From assembly GCF_011386835.1 (NCBI RefSeq), contig NC_088796.1, positions 31,620,001 to 31,684,000 on the forward strand: a DNA stretch of 64,000 nt. The letters run 5' to 3'. The notes beneath the pieces were generated by a model, which had not been told where the DNA came from, did not search any database, and worked only from the letters and a program-made list of their open reading frames with translations. Source of the DNA: Chrysemys picta bellii. Taxonomy: Eukaryota. The translations under genes and the position numbers were made by a program. This document shows positions 48,509 to 60,320 of the stretch, in pieces (the stretch's first letter is position 1; every line of letters starts with the position of its first letter).

Positions 48509-51500
48509 GCAGACAGATGGAGCTGGACAGTACGATTTCAAAGGAACAAAGACAATGGTTTATAAATGGTTGTTTGATATGAATTATTTGGTGGATTTGC
48601 AAACAACCCAGGCACTGAACTGAACACCAAATTGTAGGGGAAAACCCATCTGTTATCTTCGTTATCTCTGTATCTATCTGGACACGAGTGTAAGTAGAGA
48701 GAGAGAGATTCACGGCACAAACTTGATCCAAACGAAGAGGAACCGTGACCCTTTCAACACAGCACATTATTTGGCTGTTGATTTCTTCCGATTAGTACTG
48801 AGACCGAATCAGCATCCCTCTCCCCACCCTTCATCCCCCCAAAAAACTGGGAAATTATTTGAACTTTATTTGCTTACTGACAAAACAAACTGCAGCCCCC
48901 GTAGGAAGACACACCCTCCCAGCAATTAGTGCTTTACACGCCGAATATACCTGCTCCTTCGAAAGAGTGGGGTGGAGCTGTCCGGGTTTATAAAAAAGTA
49001 TTTGAACTCTTAATGCGACCTCTATAGGATAATCTTAAGGAGCATTTTCAAATAATGAGAACCCTCTCCCTGCTTGCCAGGATGCTGTTTATGTCCCTGC
49101 CTTCCCACCCCCGCTCATTGATTTTAGCCACATAAAAATATTTTTTGCAACAAGTTTCTGAAGCTTATTCACAGGGACTGGAAACGGGGCTTTGGTTTTG
49201 TTTTGTTTTGCTATCCCGCCCCGGGCGGAAATATTACAGCTTTTCCAAACATTTTTAATGTGATTGACACGTATGTTAATGGTTTGTTTTTGTGCAAAGC
49301 GGCTCTGCAAATTTCCAACACAAATACGCCGTGTAGATCAGATGTTAGTTATAAAAATGGTGTATTGATTGAAATAATAGAAGCACTATTTTGATTTGTC
49401 CTGACATGATGGCTGATTTATAGATCCCTACCCCCATTGATTTCTTCTTGTCCAGGCAGAAGGAAATGATCAAATCTCACCAAAATGCCCCCTTGTGCTC
49501 GCCACGAATCCTAGAGGCACATTATCCATTTACATGCTCTTTATTTATTTATTTTTCGGGAATTTACCCGATTTAGTCTCTACGCCCGTAGGCTTTGTGT
49601 GGATGTTTTGTTTTCATCTCTGATACATCTGTTTTCACTTCGCACTTCCAATGGGTTGCACCAGACAATAGTGTGAGAAACATCTGAAAATGTAAGGAGA
49701 CAGAGTTGCATGTGTGTTTCATTTCTGTGGGTTACACACACAGCAAACAACAAAAGGACAGCTAGAAAATAAATAAATAAAACACACGCGCACACACAAG
49801 TCACAAAGGGACAAGCTCAACCACATAGATTGCAAAAGGAAAGAACAGTGGGAATGGGCCAGGATCGGGGTGCTAGGGAAAAAGACCAAGAACCAGGAGA
49901 AGTTACGCACAGCATCATAGGTCGTACTGTATGTCCCTTAATCTTTTTAAAACAATATTTTTCACGGAGAAAGCTAGGTTTGGTTAAATCAGTTTGGAAA
50001 CAGCACCTGCCAGGAAAATATATGTACAGAAATTAACATGGTCATCATAACTCCTTAAACACAGTCAGGTAAGACACCGAATTCCTTTCTTCTACGGGGA
50101 TGTAATTTCAAGCAGAAAAATCCTTTGACTAGACAGAGATCTTCACTTCCCAGCTAATAGTTTGAAGTCCCCCCCCCACCCCCCGTGTTCGGTGAAAGAT
50201 AAACAGATGGGGTGGGGGAAATCCCATTGTATGTTCTCCAGAAGGTCTCGTTTTGCCCTGAAAAAGGCGATCTAACCCAGCCAGGGTCCAGTTGGGAAAG
50301 GAAAAGGCGGTGGGGGAATGCATGTGGATTTAATAGCAGTGAAAGTATTACAGGGGGATCAGATTAAGCCAGAGAGGGAGAGCGAGCTTTGGAACATCTG
50401 TCTAATGCAGCCAATAGAAGTGACATTAGTGATATTGAAGGGAGAGAGAGGCTGCAACAGATCGAGCTGGGATTACGGGAACCTTCACAATCCGATTAGC
50501 CACTGCTCCTCTCCTGCCAGCCATAAAACTGGAGCTCAGGAAGACTAGATTCGATAATAATGTGCTCTTAGCACCCTGTGGATGCTGGGCGCTTGGCGGG
50601 GGGAGAAGGAAGACAAGGATCAGCTCAAAGGCTGCCTGGTAGTTAGAGAACAAAAATACCCAGGCAGATTGGACAGAGAGATTTGTGTTTCAGGGGCGCT
50701 GGCGGAGCAGACCCCAGTTCTATGCCTGCTGCCAACCAGCTCCTGCAGTCTCCCCTTCTCCATTTAGTTAGCAGGGGGCATCAAAGGAAAAGTCCCTCTC
50801 CCAACCCCTGTGACAGACGCGTTATCGGCACAGGGTCCTAGCTCCAGACCCGGGGATTCCATTTCCTAGGGCTGGATTTGTCCGCCTCTCCTTTTCCAGG
50901 CTGTACAAACGCCTCGATGCACTTCTGCCGCACCGAGCTTGGGCACCTACCTTCTCTGAACCCCCTGCCGCGGATCTATTGCTGGATGTGCTGGGTTAAT
51001 ACTGAACCATTTCCAGCCTTACCGCAAACAGGAGCTCCCCGCTCAACCCCCACCTGCTTGTCTGAACAGAACTCCTCCGAAGAGGCAGTACACACACAGC
51101 TCAGCGATTCGGTTCAAATCTCTCTCACTAGTCGTTGATCTACAGCCACCACAATCCATCCCACTCCCGAGGAAACCTTTATTCCTCAGCTAATTGTCAT
51201 TTACAATTACACTTCACACTTCATCACGTCGGAGGTTAGACAACAAGATTCCTCCATATAATTAGTGGCCTCCCTAATCCTCTTCTAGTTCATGTCACCC
51301 AGCACCAAAAGTCCTCCTCCTTTTTCCAATCGTTTAAACTAATATCAAAACAAGATCCTCGCCTGCACAATTTAATACATCACACCCACGCTTCGGCTCC
51401 TTCGGGCGGAACAAAATATATCAATGGATAGTAGATTCCCAGTACATTGTAAACTGTTTATTAGACTGTAATATCCTAGGAACAAGGCTATTATATAGAT

Positions 51501-51555
51501 CAGAACGCATTATGGGGAGCAAATATACAATAAAGGAAAAATGAGGTTGGATTTT
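48509..51555 (+). ncRNA. Candidate spliced lncRNA (exons ~48509-48689, 49456-50068, 50900-~51555)
   Basis: Alternating + strand signals: GTAAGT 48690, TTTCTTCTTGTCCAG 49455, CAG|GTAAGA 50069, CTCTCCTTTTCCAG 50899, AATAAA 51529-51534 followed by a GT-rich tract. No coding frame. Confidence 0.3.
50325..50500. promoter_or_regulatory. Cluster of K50-homeodomain (OTX/CRX/PITX-type) motifs
   Basis: AGATTA 50361-50366, TAAGCC 50365-50370, GGATTA 50470-50475, CAATCC/CGATTA 50488-50498, GGATTTAA 50326-50333. Motif match only. Confidence 0.35.
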
Positions 51556-53922
51556 CCTATGTTGTCACTGTTTGGCATATATTTTACATGAAATTTGTTT
51601 ACCGACTCAAGCTTTTCTTGATTAATGTTAGGGTAGTTAAAATACAGAAATATTCACCGGAACCATATAGCTAAAGTAAACACATCTCTCTCTCTCACTC
51701 ACACACACACACTGCTGCCTGTGACTTAATGTCTTGCCATCATTTTGATTAAGCATGTATATACCTATATTTAGGTATAGTTCTAAAAGAAAGTCTCTAT
51801 GCAGGGTGGGATTTGAAAAACCTGCAGTCTATATACCTCCAGGCATTACAACATGCCTCAATCCAGTCTGAAAGCAACGCTGGAGTTTGCAGACATCTGG
51901 CTGTGGATGAGGTATCTCTGACTTCACTATTCACAGTGATAGGGCGCTGAGCACCTTGTTTTTGTTCTGGAATATTATCACTTTTATTACTGTGCCTTCC
52001 AGTTTGTGAGCTGTTCTCCCACCCTGAGTCATTTATCCTAAGCATGACTCAAAGGCTGATTAGCATCTAACTCATGAATTACAAAAATCAACGCCCTGAT
52101 TGAAATTCACAGCAGTAATGGCACACAAAAAAAGGCCCGAAAGTTACACACTGCAAGCATATCTTCTAAAAGCACTGTTCATCAATTCCATGGTTTTTAA
52201 GTATAGAATATCTATCTCTGAGGAAATTGCACACTTGTTATATAACCAATAAAACCTCTCCCCTGAGAGATTTGGGTGGTTAAATTTTACAGGTCTTTCA
52301 CTTTTGTAGATCAGGCACCAAACTGCAACTGGGTCAAAAATAAAATGATTTTTGATGATCTCAATCTAGCCCACTGTGGACAACTATTCTTACACAGTCT
52401 GTGACAATTCAGTACAAGAAGTCCAGAGCTAGAATTAGAAGGATAGCACAGGTTAGAAAGCATCTCAGTAAGTCTGAATAGATTGTCCTCTGTCTGTCTA
52501 CCTTGCTTTAGTCAGTCCTATCAACTCTACATTTTATTTCTTCTTCTTTTTTTAACGCAGCAAATTCTTTCCCCATGCTTCCAAACAAGAATCTTTTCTC
52601 CACAGCCACTGGTGGTGACTTGCCTAAGGAGACTTCACAAACTTGTCGGAAGAGCAAATCCTATTCCCACCAGCATCTATGACATTTTTCCTACCTCTCA
52701 AATTCAAGGCTCAGTCCACTGTGTTTTAATTAGTAACTCTGGTCATAGTTGTATGCTTCCTTTCCAGGCCCAATTGACTTGCCAATCCAATTGTTGGCCT
52801 GGAGGTATTATTTTCCTTTTAAATCTCTGAATTCTGCACTAAAGTAAATAGTTGCCATCGCTCTGGTCAGTCTTTGTCCTTCTATAATGCCAAATGCTTG
52901 CTTACAAACTGACCAGTAGGAGACAAGGTGATAAAGGATGGCTGGGGGGCGTGAGGTGGGAGGAATACCTTTGTATTGTGTGTGTACAGTTCCTAGCACA
53001 ATAGAACCCTGATCACCAATTGGGACGTTTTGGTACAACTACTACAGCAATAATCCTTTTACTCTGAACCCTAATATATTTACCCCTCTGAGGGAACATA
53101 CTCAACAAGACCTCAACTGGACTGCCAAAGGGTATTTCCCCCATTGCTTTATGGACTTTTTTTTTTTTTTTAAATATTAGATACTTTTATTGTAACCATT
53201 TTTACATTTTCCCCCTTGGTTTTATACATATATGATAAAAGTGACAACAAATGTAAAAGTGATGACAAATTCCATTTGTAGGAACTCATGTGAAGAAATC
53301 TGTCATGTATGTTTTCTGGTGCAATCCTCTGCATTTTACTGTGTAGCGAACAGCAAACTTTTTATTAGTGAAGGTCATTATTTTGTAGATTTGATTGATC
53401 TATTTCAGTCTTTTAAGGTTATCTACAGAATTCTTAACACATGTACAAAAATACATGCACACCACAGAGGACCAATGTTCATGTTCAAAGCCTACTGACA
53501 TCACAATTAAAGACTCCAATTCAGGAAAAAGCTTAAACTCTCTTCCACCCATGTTCAGGAAGCTCTTCAACACATGTCATATGCTGGATACTCTTGTAAT
53601 GATAAAACAAATACAATAATGGCTTTCTACATGTAAGGCTCAGTGCTTATTGATGTAGGGCCTGATTCAAAACCCCTAAACTCCCTTTTTTGCAGCTACA
53701 ACTTGAGCCCATAAACAACTGACGAAGCAATTTTATGCACACAATTATTTATTGGTGACAAAAAAAGATGTGGGTAGATCCTCAGCTGGTGTGAATTCTC
53801 ACAGCTCCACCAGCGAGCTATGACAATTGACACCAGCTGAGGATCTGCCCCATGCACAGCAGTGGCTCTGGGTGGATCACGAACAAGTTAGACACGTCTG
53901 AAATTTGAAATACAAAGAAAAC

Positions 53923-53952
53923 GATGATGATGATGATGATGGTGATGATGAT
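53923..53952 (+). repeat. (GAT)n microsatellite, imperfect
   Basis: GATx6 GGT GATx3. Confidence 0.85.
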
Positions 53953-54241
53953 TGATTGATAGTCATGGACTGGGAGTCTCTTGTAGTAGGCACTGTACAA
54001 AGAGAGACCAAAAAGATGCCCCATCCTAAGTCTCTGTTTCTCTGTCTGGTTGTCTGCCCATGGTATTTAGAGAGCAACCACCCCCCCGTTGTATCTAACA
54101 ACTTAACAAAGAAATCATACTAGCCAAAATCTTCACACTGAAAAATACATGTGAGAGGACAAGGCTGATGGGGAGGGGAAGAGTGGGGAAAGAATAGGGG
54201 AAAAGGATTGCAGAGGATACCGAGAAAAATGACTATAGGAA

Positions 54242-54367
54242 CCCTGGTGCTGGAACAATTTTTATAATGGGGGTGGTGAAGGTGGAAATCATGTATTTGG
54301 TGGTTATTATTACTTCAAGCCAAGGGGTGCATCAGCACCCCCAGTACCCCTAGTTCCAGCACCTATG
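54242..54367. mobile_element. Older hAT MITE
   Basis: GGTGCTGGAAC / GTTCCAGCACC TIRs; degenerate 8-bp TSD TATAGGAA / CATAAGAA. Confidence 0.7.
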
Positions 54368-56730
54368 CATAAGAATAAAGAAAAGATCCAACCTGGAAAG
54401 GAACTAATAGATCTTCATGAAATATATATTATCTTTACCATGCACTAGTTTCTCAGTTGGCTCTTCATAACTTTTTTTCCTGTCCCCTGTCATCCCCACC
54501 CATCCCTCAGATCTACATGGTCTGTCCTTTCTGCCTGGACGAAATGTGCTGGGAGCCAGCTAGAGAGGCAGAAAGAGAAAGGGAAGTGAAGGAAGTAAGC
54601 AAAGGTTCAGTGAGTAGAGAGAAATTGATACTATTTCAAACAATATTGGATTAATTTCCTTACCCCTGTAATCCTTCACCCATGGACACACCTAATGTTT
54701 TAAGGAAGAGCCTTTTGTATGTGGTCTCCCCCCAGTAAATAATTTGCCATCTCGGCATATCATCACAGTGGTTATATTTGTGCTAGCAGGGCAGGGTGCA
54801 GGACTGAGAAGGTTGGGAACCATTGATGTAGATGTCTAACTACAGAATTGCACATGCAAATCAACTAAACACCTACTATTCCTTATTTATGACTGAAAAA
54901 CCATACCCAAAATTTGTTGTGGGCCTGAACTGAGGCCTAATGAATGGGCTTTAGAGATCAGGCTCTTAATGTTATGGAACCTTTCCTCCTCCCCCCATTT
55001 ACAAAGAATGCCATGAGTTCTCAAGAAAGGTCTGATTGACTGAAGATGTCCTTTACCCACAGAACAGGTGCAGCAGGCACAGGCAGCGGCAGTGTATTTA
55101 CCCACATTGCTCTGCCAATATAAACAGCCCTAACATCTCTAGAGGGGGTAAATCCTTTCTGATCTCATTTACACTGTAAATCAGGAATACCTCAATGTAA
55201 GCCAAAGGAGCTACACTGGTATAAGTGAGATCAGCATCAGGTCCATGCAGTATCAGTAATTTCTAAGAGCTAGACAGTGATTTGGACTATATATCTGTGC
55301 AGGTGCATAAGGGGCAAAAGAGTTCCTCTGTATAGGCTACCCTTGACTCCAGCTGTACAGAAGTAAATGGCTCCCACAAGCTGCTACTTTGCCCAGAGCA
55401 GGTGGGCAGCGAGGGGCAGGAAATAGCGCTTTAGATCTGTGCTCCCGGCATGTCAGCCAGTGGAGCTGAGAGTTACATATAGACTGGCAGCAAATGAATA
55501 CCCACCCTGGAGCAAGAGAGAGAGCTCTAAGGCAGAATGTCTCTTAAGGCTACTACTGTGTTTGTGCAGTTTATGCACAATCCCTTGCACGGCTAAATGC
55601 ACAATCTGGTCCTGCATGAGAAGTTTCTCATTGGTTTAGTTATTAGCATCTCAGACCATATTTGAAACAGTAAAGTTCAAGATTCTACATTTTGTTGACA
55701 GGTTTACTAAATGAACAGATACAGTGTTCCTTTGTGCTTGTGAATTAGCTAAAATCATACAACTTGCTGTATTTATTATCACTTGCTGAATATTAATGAC
55801 AGATTTCCAGTTTTTTTTTACTATTGTATAGATGAGCACATACTTGCAAACTGCATCATAAATCTATGTATAACTTAAAAGTTTTCCAGGCCAAGCAACT
55901 TTAACTTTCTTAAACTTGTATTGTAATTTAGAAGATAAGGCTTTACATGCACTGATCCATATGCTTTACCTCTTACTTCAATATTTGATTTATTAAAGGC
56001 TGACTAGAGATGTGTCATAATTGGTAGTAGGACACAAACATTCACATGGAATGTAGTTGTGTAAAAAGGAAGAGCCTGTTTGTAAATAAATTCCATTTTA
56101 GATACACTCCAGTTTTGGCAGCTGCTTGAGGCACACCCAAGTGAGCTCATTGCTATTTTTTTTTCCAGCTTGTAATTCACTTATCATCAGCAAATAGAAA
56201 CTAGGTTTCCATTGTCGCTGCACACTGTGGATAGCTAACTGCTCAGGCCACCCACTGCAGCAAGTCATGTCCTGCACTTTTTGTTGCTTTACGCCAGAAA
56301 TTTGGACCAGTGCAATTAAAGGAACTCTCTTTTTCTTACCAAACAAAAACAAAAACCCATACACAACAAAAAACACACCACACAAAAGCATTTGACAAAA
56401 CAAAGTGTTAATTTTAAGCAGGTATATTTTTAATCTTGATAGCCTTTTGTTCCCTACCTCTGTTGCCTTTCGAGCACTAATGCTAGTATATGACTGCACA
56501 AATGGCAGGGCTTTCTTTGTTATTTCCTGTGGATGTTTGTACTTGTGACTTAAACACATTTCAGGGTTGACTTTATCTGTTGTGTTTTCAAAATTTTGTA
56601 GATTAACATTTAGCTTTGGCTGTGATTTAAACTGTTAGCAAAAATCTTGGGACTCACATAGACCTTGTGTAAAGAGATTTAATGCTAATGAAGTTTCTGG
56701 GCCAAATTCAGCAGTGACATAAATGGTGAT

Positions 56731-56918
56731 AATAATAATTAGTGGAGATATCCCATCTCCTAGAACTGGAAGGGACCTTGAAAGGTCATCGAGTTCAGCC
56801 CCCTGCCTTCACTAGCAGGACCAAGTACTGATTTTGCCCCAAATCCCCAAGTGGCCCCCTCAAGGATTGAACTCACAACCCTGGGTTTAACAGGCCAATG
56901 CTCAAACCACTGAGCTAT
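56731..56918 (-). mobile_element. Tortoise-type Pol III SINE
   Basis: Reverse of ATAGCTCAGTGGTTTGAGCATTGGCCTG...GTTGTGAGTTCAATCCTTGAGGGGGCC; same family as 29729-29905. Confidence 0.92.
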
Positions 56919-57029
56919 GTGATGTAAGTTACATAAGTATATATTGACCAGAAATGGGGAAGGGAAAGTAAATGGTGAAATAGTGTAAAGTGCACCAGTT
57001 TAGCTTTCAGTGGAAGCACACAATGGGTG

Positions 57030-58199
57030 TGTGATGGTTTGGTCAGAGAGACCCCCTTGGGACTGTCACCTAACATGCTGAAACTACTTCTGAGCCTCTT
57101 TTCCCTGATAGCTTGGGACTCCAGAACCCTGTCTTGTTGAGCTAGACACGCTGGCCTGCTGCAACACAGACCTAGGGTCTGAACCACGTCCCCAAAGCTG
57201 CAGACTTTAACCAAATCTGCTCAACAGGTTTTCTATCTCCAGCACCCAGACACCCAGCTCTCAACAGAATTCAAACCCCAAATAAATCTGTTTTACTCTG
57301 TAAAGCTTATACAGGGTAAACTCATAAATTGTCCGCCCTCTATAACACTGATAGAGAGATATGCACAGCTGTTTGCTCCCTCAGGCATTAATCACTTACT
57401 CTGGGTTGATTAATAAACAAAAGTGATTTTATTAAGTATAAAAGTAGGATTTAAGTGGATTCAAGAAATAACCAGACAGAACAAAGTAAGTTACCAAGCA
57501 AAATAAAACAAAACACGCAAGTCAAAGCCAATACATTTAAGAAACTGAATACAGGTAAATCTCACCCTCAGAGATGTTCCAATAAGCTTCTTTCACAGAC
57601 TAGACTCCTTCCTAGTCTAAGCCCAGTTCTTTCCCCTGGTACAGTCCTTGTTCCAGCTCAGGTGGTAAGTAGGGGATTTCTCATGACTGGCCTGCTTTGT
57701 TCTGTTCCACCCCCTTTTATAGCTTTGGCCCAAGGTGGGAATCCTTTGTCTCTCTGGGTTCCCACCCCTCCTTCTAAATGGAAAAGCACCAGGTTTAAGA
57801 TGGATTCCAGTATCAGGTGACATGGTCACATGTCACTGTAAGACCTCATTCTTCATTACTGACAGACTGGCCCCCACGTCCACAAGAAGGCTTGCAGCAA
57901 GTTGCAGGTAAATAAACCATCTACTGCCAATTGTCCTAGTCAATGGTGCCATCAAGATAATAAACCACCATTAATGGCCCACACTTTGCATAATTACAAT
58001 AGGACCTCAAAGTTAACTTCATATTTCTAGTTTTAGAAACAAGAATGATACGTACATACAAAGAGGATGAACACACTCAATAGATTATAAACTTTGTAAT
58101 GATACCTTACAAGAGACCTTGTGCATAAAGCATATTCCAGTTACATTATATTCACATTCCAAGCATATTTTCATAAAGCATATGGAGTGCAACATCTCA
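57030..58199 (-). mobile_element. Solo LTR
   Basis: TGTGATGG...GCAACATCTCA ends; terminal block related to the other two long LTRs; TSD degenerate (GGGTG / AAGTG). Confidence 0.8.
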
Positions 58200-58369
58200 A
58201 AGTGTATCTTGAGTTAGTGGAAAGATGTGGAAAAGCAATTAACAAGGGACATAATTCTCATTGACACTCATTAGACCCCTTTACAGCGTACTCTGTAGGT
58301 GTAAAGGGACCTTGGAGTGGGTGCTAATGTAATTTATTGCCAGAGGAGTATTATATTAAGGGAGCCTTA

Positions 58370-58839
58370 GGGCTGGTTTACACTGTGAACTTATATTGGC
58401 ATAGCTACATCTCTCAGAGGTGTGAAAAATCCACCGACCCAACCCCCAGTGTAGATAGAACTAGGTCAATGGAAGAATTCTTCCGTCAACCTAGTGACCG
58501 CCTCTTAGAGAGTTGGATTACCTACGCCGGTGGGAAAACCCTTCCTGACAGTGTAGGTAGAGTCTACACTGAAGCACTACAGTGGCACAGTTGCTCTGCT
58601 GCAATATTTTAAGTGTAGACATACCCTTCGGCCTGGTCTACCCTAGGAAATTAGGTCGGTATAATTATGTCACTCAGGGGTGTGAAAAATCCTCACCCCA
58701 GAGTGACACAGTTAAAGTGACCTAACTCCTGGCCTAGAAAGTGCTAGGTCTACAGGAAACCCTTCCCGTCGGCGGAGGCAGTGTCTTCACTGAAGCGCTA
58801 CAGTGGTGTAGCTGCAGTGTTTTAAGTGTAGCCAAATCC
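58370..58839. mobile_element. Two PIF/Harbinger-type MITEs in direct tandem (58370-58626, 58629-58839)
   Basis: TTA-GGGCTGGTTTACACT...AGTGTAGACATACCC-TT-CGGCCTGGTCTAC...AGTGTAGCCAAATCC-TTA. Confidence 0.8.
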
Positions 58840-58989
58840 TTAAAGTAAATGGGAATCAGGCTGAGGAAGACAAAGCTGCAAGACAAAGCAGCTTTTGACA
58901 CCAATACTTTGAGCCCTACCTCAATCCATACAAAATGTACCTGCTAATATCTTGCTAATACCTTCCTTGACTGTTGTTCTGACCACAAC

Positions 58990-59290
58990 ACCCCACTCTT
59001 TGAATTTCTCAAGGGATTACCGTTTTCCACAGTATCAATTTCAAGCTTCTTGTCTGAAGACCCCTCCCAACTCTGCTCCGTTTCTTACTTATCCACTCTT
59101 CTTTGGTGCAGAAACCTTTCACTTTCCTCTCCACCAATGGTACCAGCCTTGACTGCCTGCTCACTCACTCCGAATTGCCACTTTCTTCTGCACCACCTTT
59201 GTGCATGGGAGGAACTCCCTGAACTGATTCAGAAGTCTGCTATGCTCTCCTCCTTCAAATCCTTTCTCTCAAACCGCTTCTGAAACAAGG
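58990..59290 (+). mobile_element. L2-type LINE 3' fragment
   Basis: Pyrimidine-rich tract ending CTCTCCTCCTTCAAATCCTTTCTCTCAAACC, typical of L2 3' regions. Confidence 0.6.
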
Positions 59291-59420
59291 CCTGCAAGAG
59301 ATGAGACAATGTAGAATGGAGAGGTTGAGGGCAAGTTGGTGCAAATAGATATGGGGCAATTTGTTTATTTTAAAAAGTAAATATAATATATAGCACATAT
59401 ATACAATACATCTATATATT

Positions 59421-59599
59421 TCATAGAATAACAGGGTTGGAAGGGACCTCAGGAGGTCATCTAATCCAACCCGCTGCTCAAAGCAGGACCACCCCCCAGA
59501 CAGATTTTTACCCTTGTTCCTTAAATGGCCCCCTTAAGGATTGAACTCACAACTCTAGGTTTAGTAGGCCAATGCTCAAACCACTGAGCTATGCCTCCC
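59421..59599 (-). mobile_element. Tortoise-type Pol III SINE with CR1 TTCTATGA tail
   Basis: Reverse A/B boxes at the right end; left end TCATAGAATAACAGGGTTGGAAGGGACCTC is the CR1 3' end. Confidence 0.92.
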
Positions 59600-60189
59600 T
59601 CTCACCCCCCTTTTGTGATGTTAGGGAAGGTGTTTATGGCTGCCATCAAGTGGGTCTTTGATCTATAGACAGTTGCTGATTTGGTTAAACCTGATGGATG
59701 TGCTAAGCACCCTTCTTTCAGACTATATGGCAGAAGCAATGAAATGCCCCTGTATGTAGCGAGTTAGCAGGAAATAAAAGAAGCTACCGCCCAAAGCATT
59801 GGGCTGCATGGGATGACCTGATGAAAAAAACTAAGGCGGGGAGATAAGAGAGGCTTCTCTGGTACTGGATGAAAATGCAGCGATTGTGTGGTAAACTGCA
59901 TGTGAAAGAGCAAAAAGCCAGGACAAAGTGACTAGAAAGTAAGAAAAGCAGTTGTGAGTTTGCCCTGAGAGGAAGCAGAGAGACAGAGCTTCTTAGGCCT
60001 GACAGGCTTGGAGAAAGGCTCCAAATAATGGCTAACTTCTCATATAAAAGGGGCAACAATATGTTGCTGATTTTCCCTGGCCATGATCTTGCAATGGGTA
60101 GCCAATGGGAGGACTGCTGGGCCTGCACAGAACTTCATTGAAGTTAATTGGAGAATGGGGAGCTGTGCACATACAACTCTACACATTGC

Positions 60190-60320
60190 ACGGACCTGAG
60201 ATTGTAAGCTCTTCAGGGCAGGGCTCATGTCTACTCCTGTGCATAGTGTCTAGCACAAGGGCATCTTGATTCTGACTGGTTGTCTAGGTGCTGGTGTAAT
60301 TTAAATAATAAATAACAATA
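60190..60320 (+). mobile_element. L2-tail fragment (SINE or LINE 3' end)
   Basis: GATTGTAAGCTCTTCAGGGCAGGG...GTGTCTAGCACA...AATAATAAATAACAATAATAAT. Confidence 0.7.

Noticed and set aside
56098-56559. 153-aa minus-strand ORF
   Set aside because: Crosses low-complexity T/G tracts and has no recognisable motif or splice context.
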